A stretch of 20,701 nucleotides of DNA from Octopus sinensis (Eukaryota). The stretch spans positions 1 to 20,701 of the forward strand of contig NW_021823948.1 of the NCBI RefSeq assembly GCF_006345805.1, written 5' to 3'. Of the stretch, positions 20,341-20,701 are shown piece after piece (positions within the stretch are counted from its first letter, which is position 1; every line of letters starts with the position of its first letter). Position numbers and translations under genes: made by a program. The notes under the pieces are model-generated. The model worked only from the letters and a program-made list of their open reading frames with translations. It searched no databases and was not told the origin of the DNA.

Positions 20341-20571
20341 GGGGATTCATGACGGATTCGTCCCACAATCTTTTATTATTCATTTCTAAAAATAAATACA
20401 TCGTAAATTTCCATTAAGTTCATCTTCGACAAACGATGCCTCGTTATTTTCATCTAAATTATAAATAAGATTATAACCTGGGATCGCCGAGTGTGTGTGT
20501 CGTATTATAGGAAAAAAGTTACTTTGTCTAAAAAATTGTTCCCAATTTTTACGTATTTTTTATCTAGAGAA

Positions 20572-20701
20572 ATTGTACAATAAGACCGGTTTCAGTAGCA
20601 TGTTGTATAATTTGATTTTTTAGAGAGGTCTAAATTTGTTCGTGAATGTCCGCCGTATTGTTTCCAATTTTTAGTTCCTTCTTATCCATCAGTTTTGCCA
20701 T
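20572..20701 (-). pseudogene. Third RTE-like fragment, running off the window end
   Basis: KKIKLYNMLLKPVLLYN matches KLKLYNAYIKPVLL of the 16.5-17.1 kb fragment. Confidence 0.65.

Overview
AT-rich eukaryotic, probably animal, genomic DNA. Roughly 80% is nested transposable elements, surrounding a small host-gene island at about 7.4-10.7 kb. The host genes are TMEM165/GDT1 (6 exons) and MRPL47 (4 exons), both on the minus strand and both split by ultra-short introns of 22-31 nt. A possible 60-aa micro-gene lies between them. A mitoribosomal protein argues against microsporidia, and TAA used as stop argues against a Paramecium-type code; a dicyemid-like tiny-intron lineage is an inference only. 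Left cluster: a pogo/Tigger element is interrupted by a non-autonomous Helitron (61-2353, carrying a 94-bp array whose unit is a mini-ORF) and by a Ginger-like integrase transposon (3842-6090) with palindrome-containing TIRs, then a second Tigger follows. Right cluster: a Tigger holds a CRE-like LINE tail that holds a full-length RTE LINE with a 10-bp TSD, followed by two mismatched Buster-type hAT halves, a complete deleted Tigger, RTE fragments and a Tc1-like end. I see no unambiguous new multi-gene system. The best leads are tiny introns inside four transposases, an apparently obligatory GT-TG intron in MRPL47, the Helitron mini-ORF array, the micro-gene, and a 93-bp structured retroposed insert.
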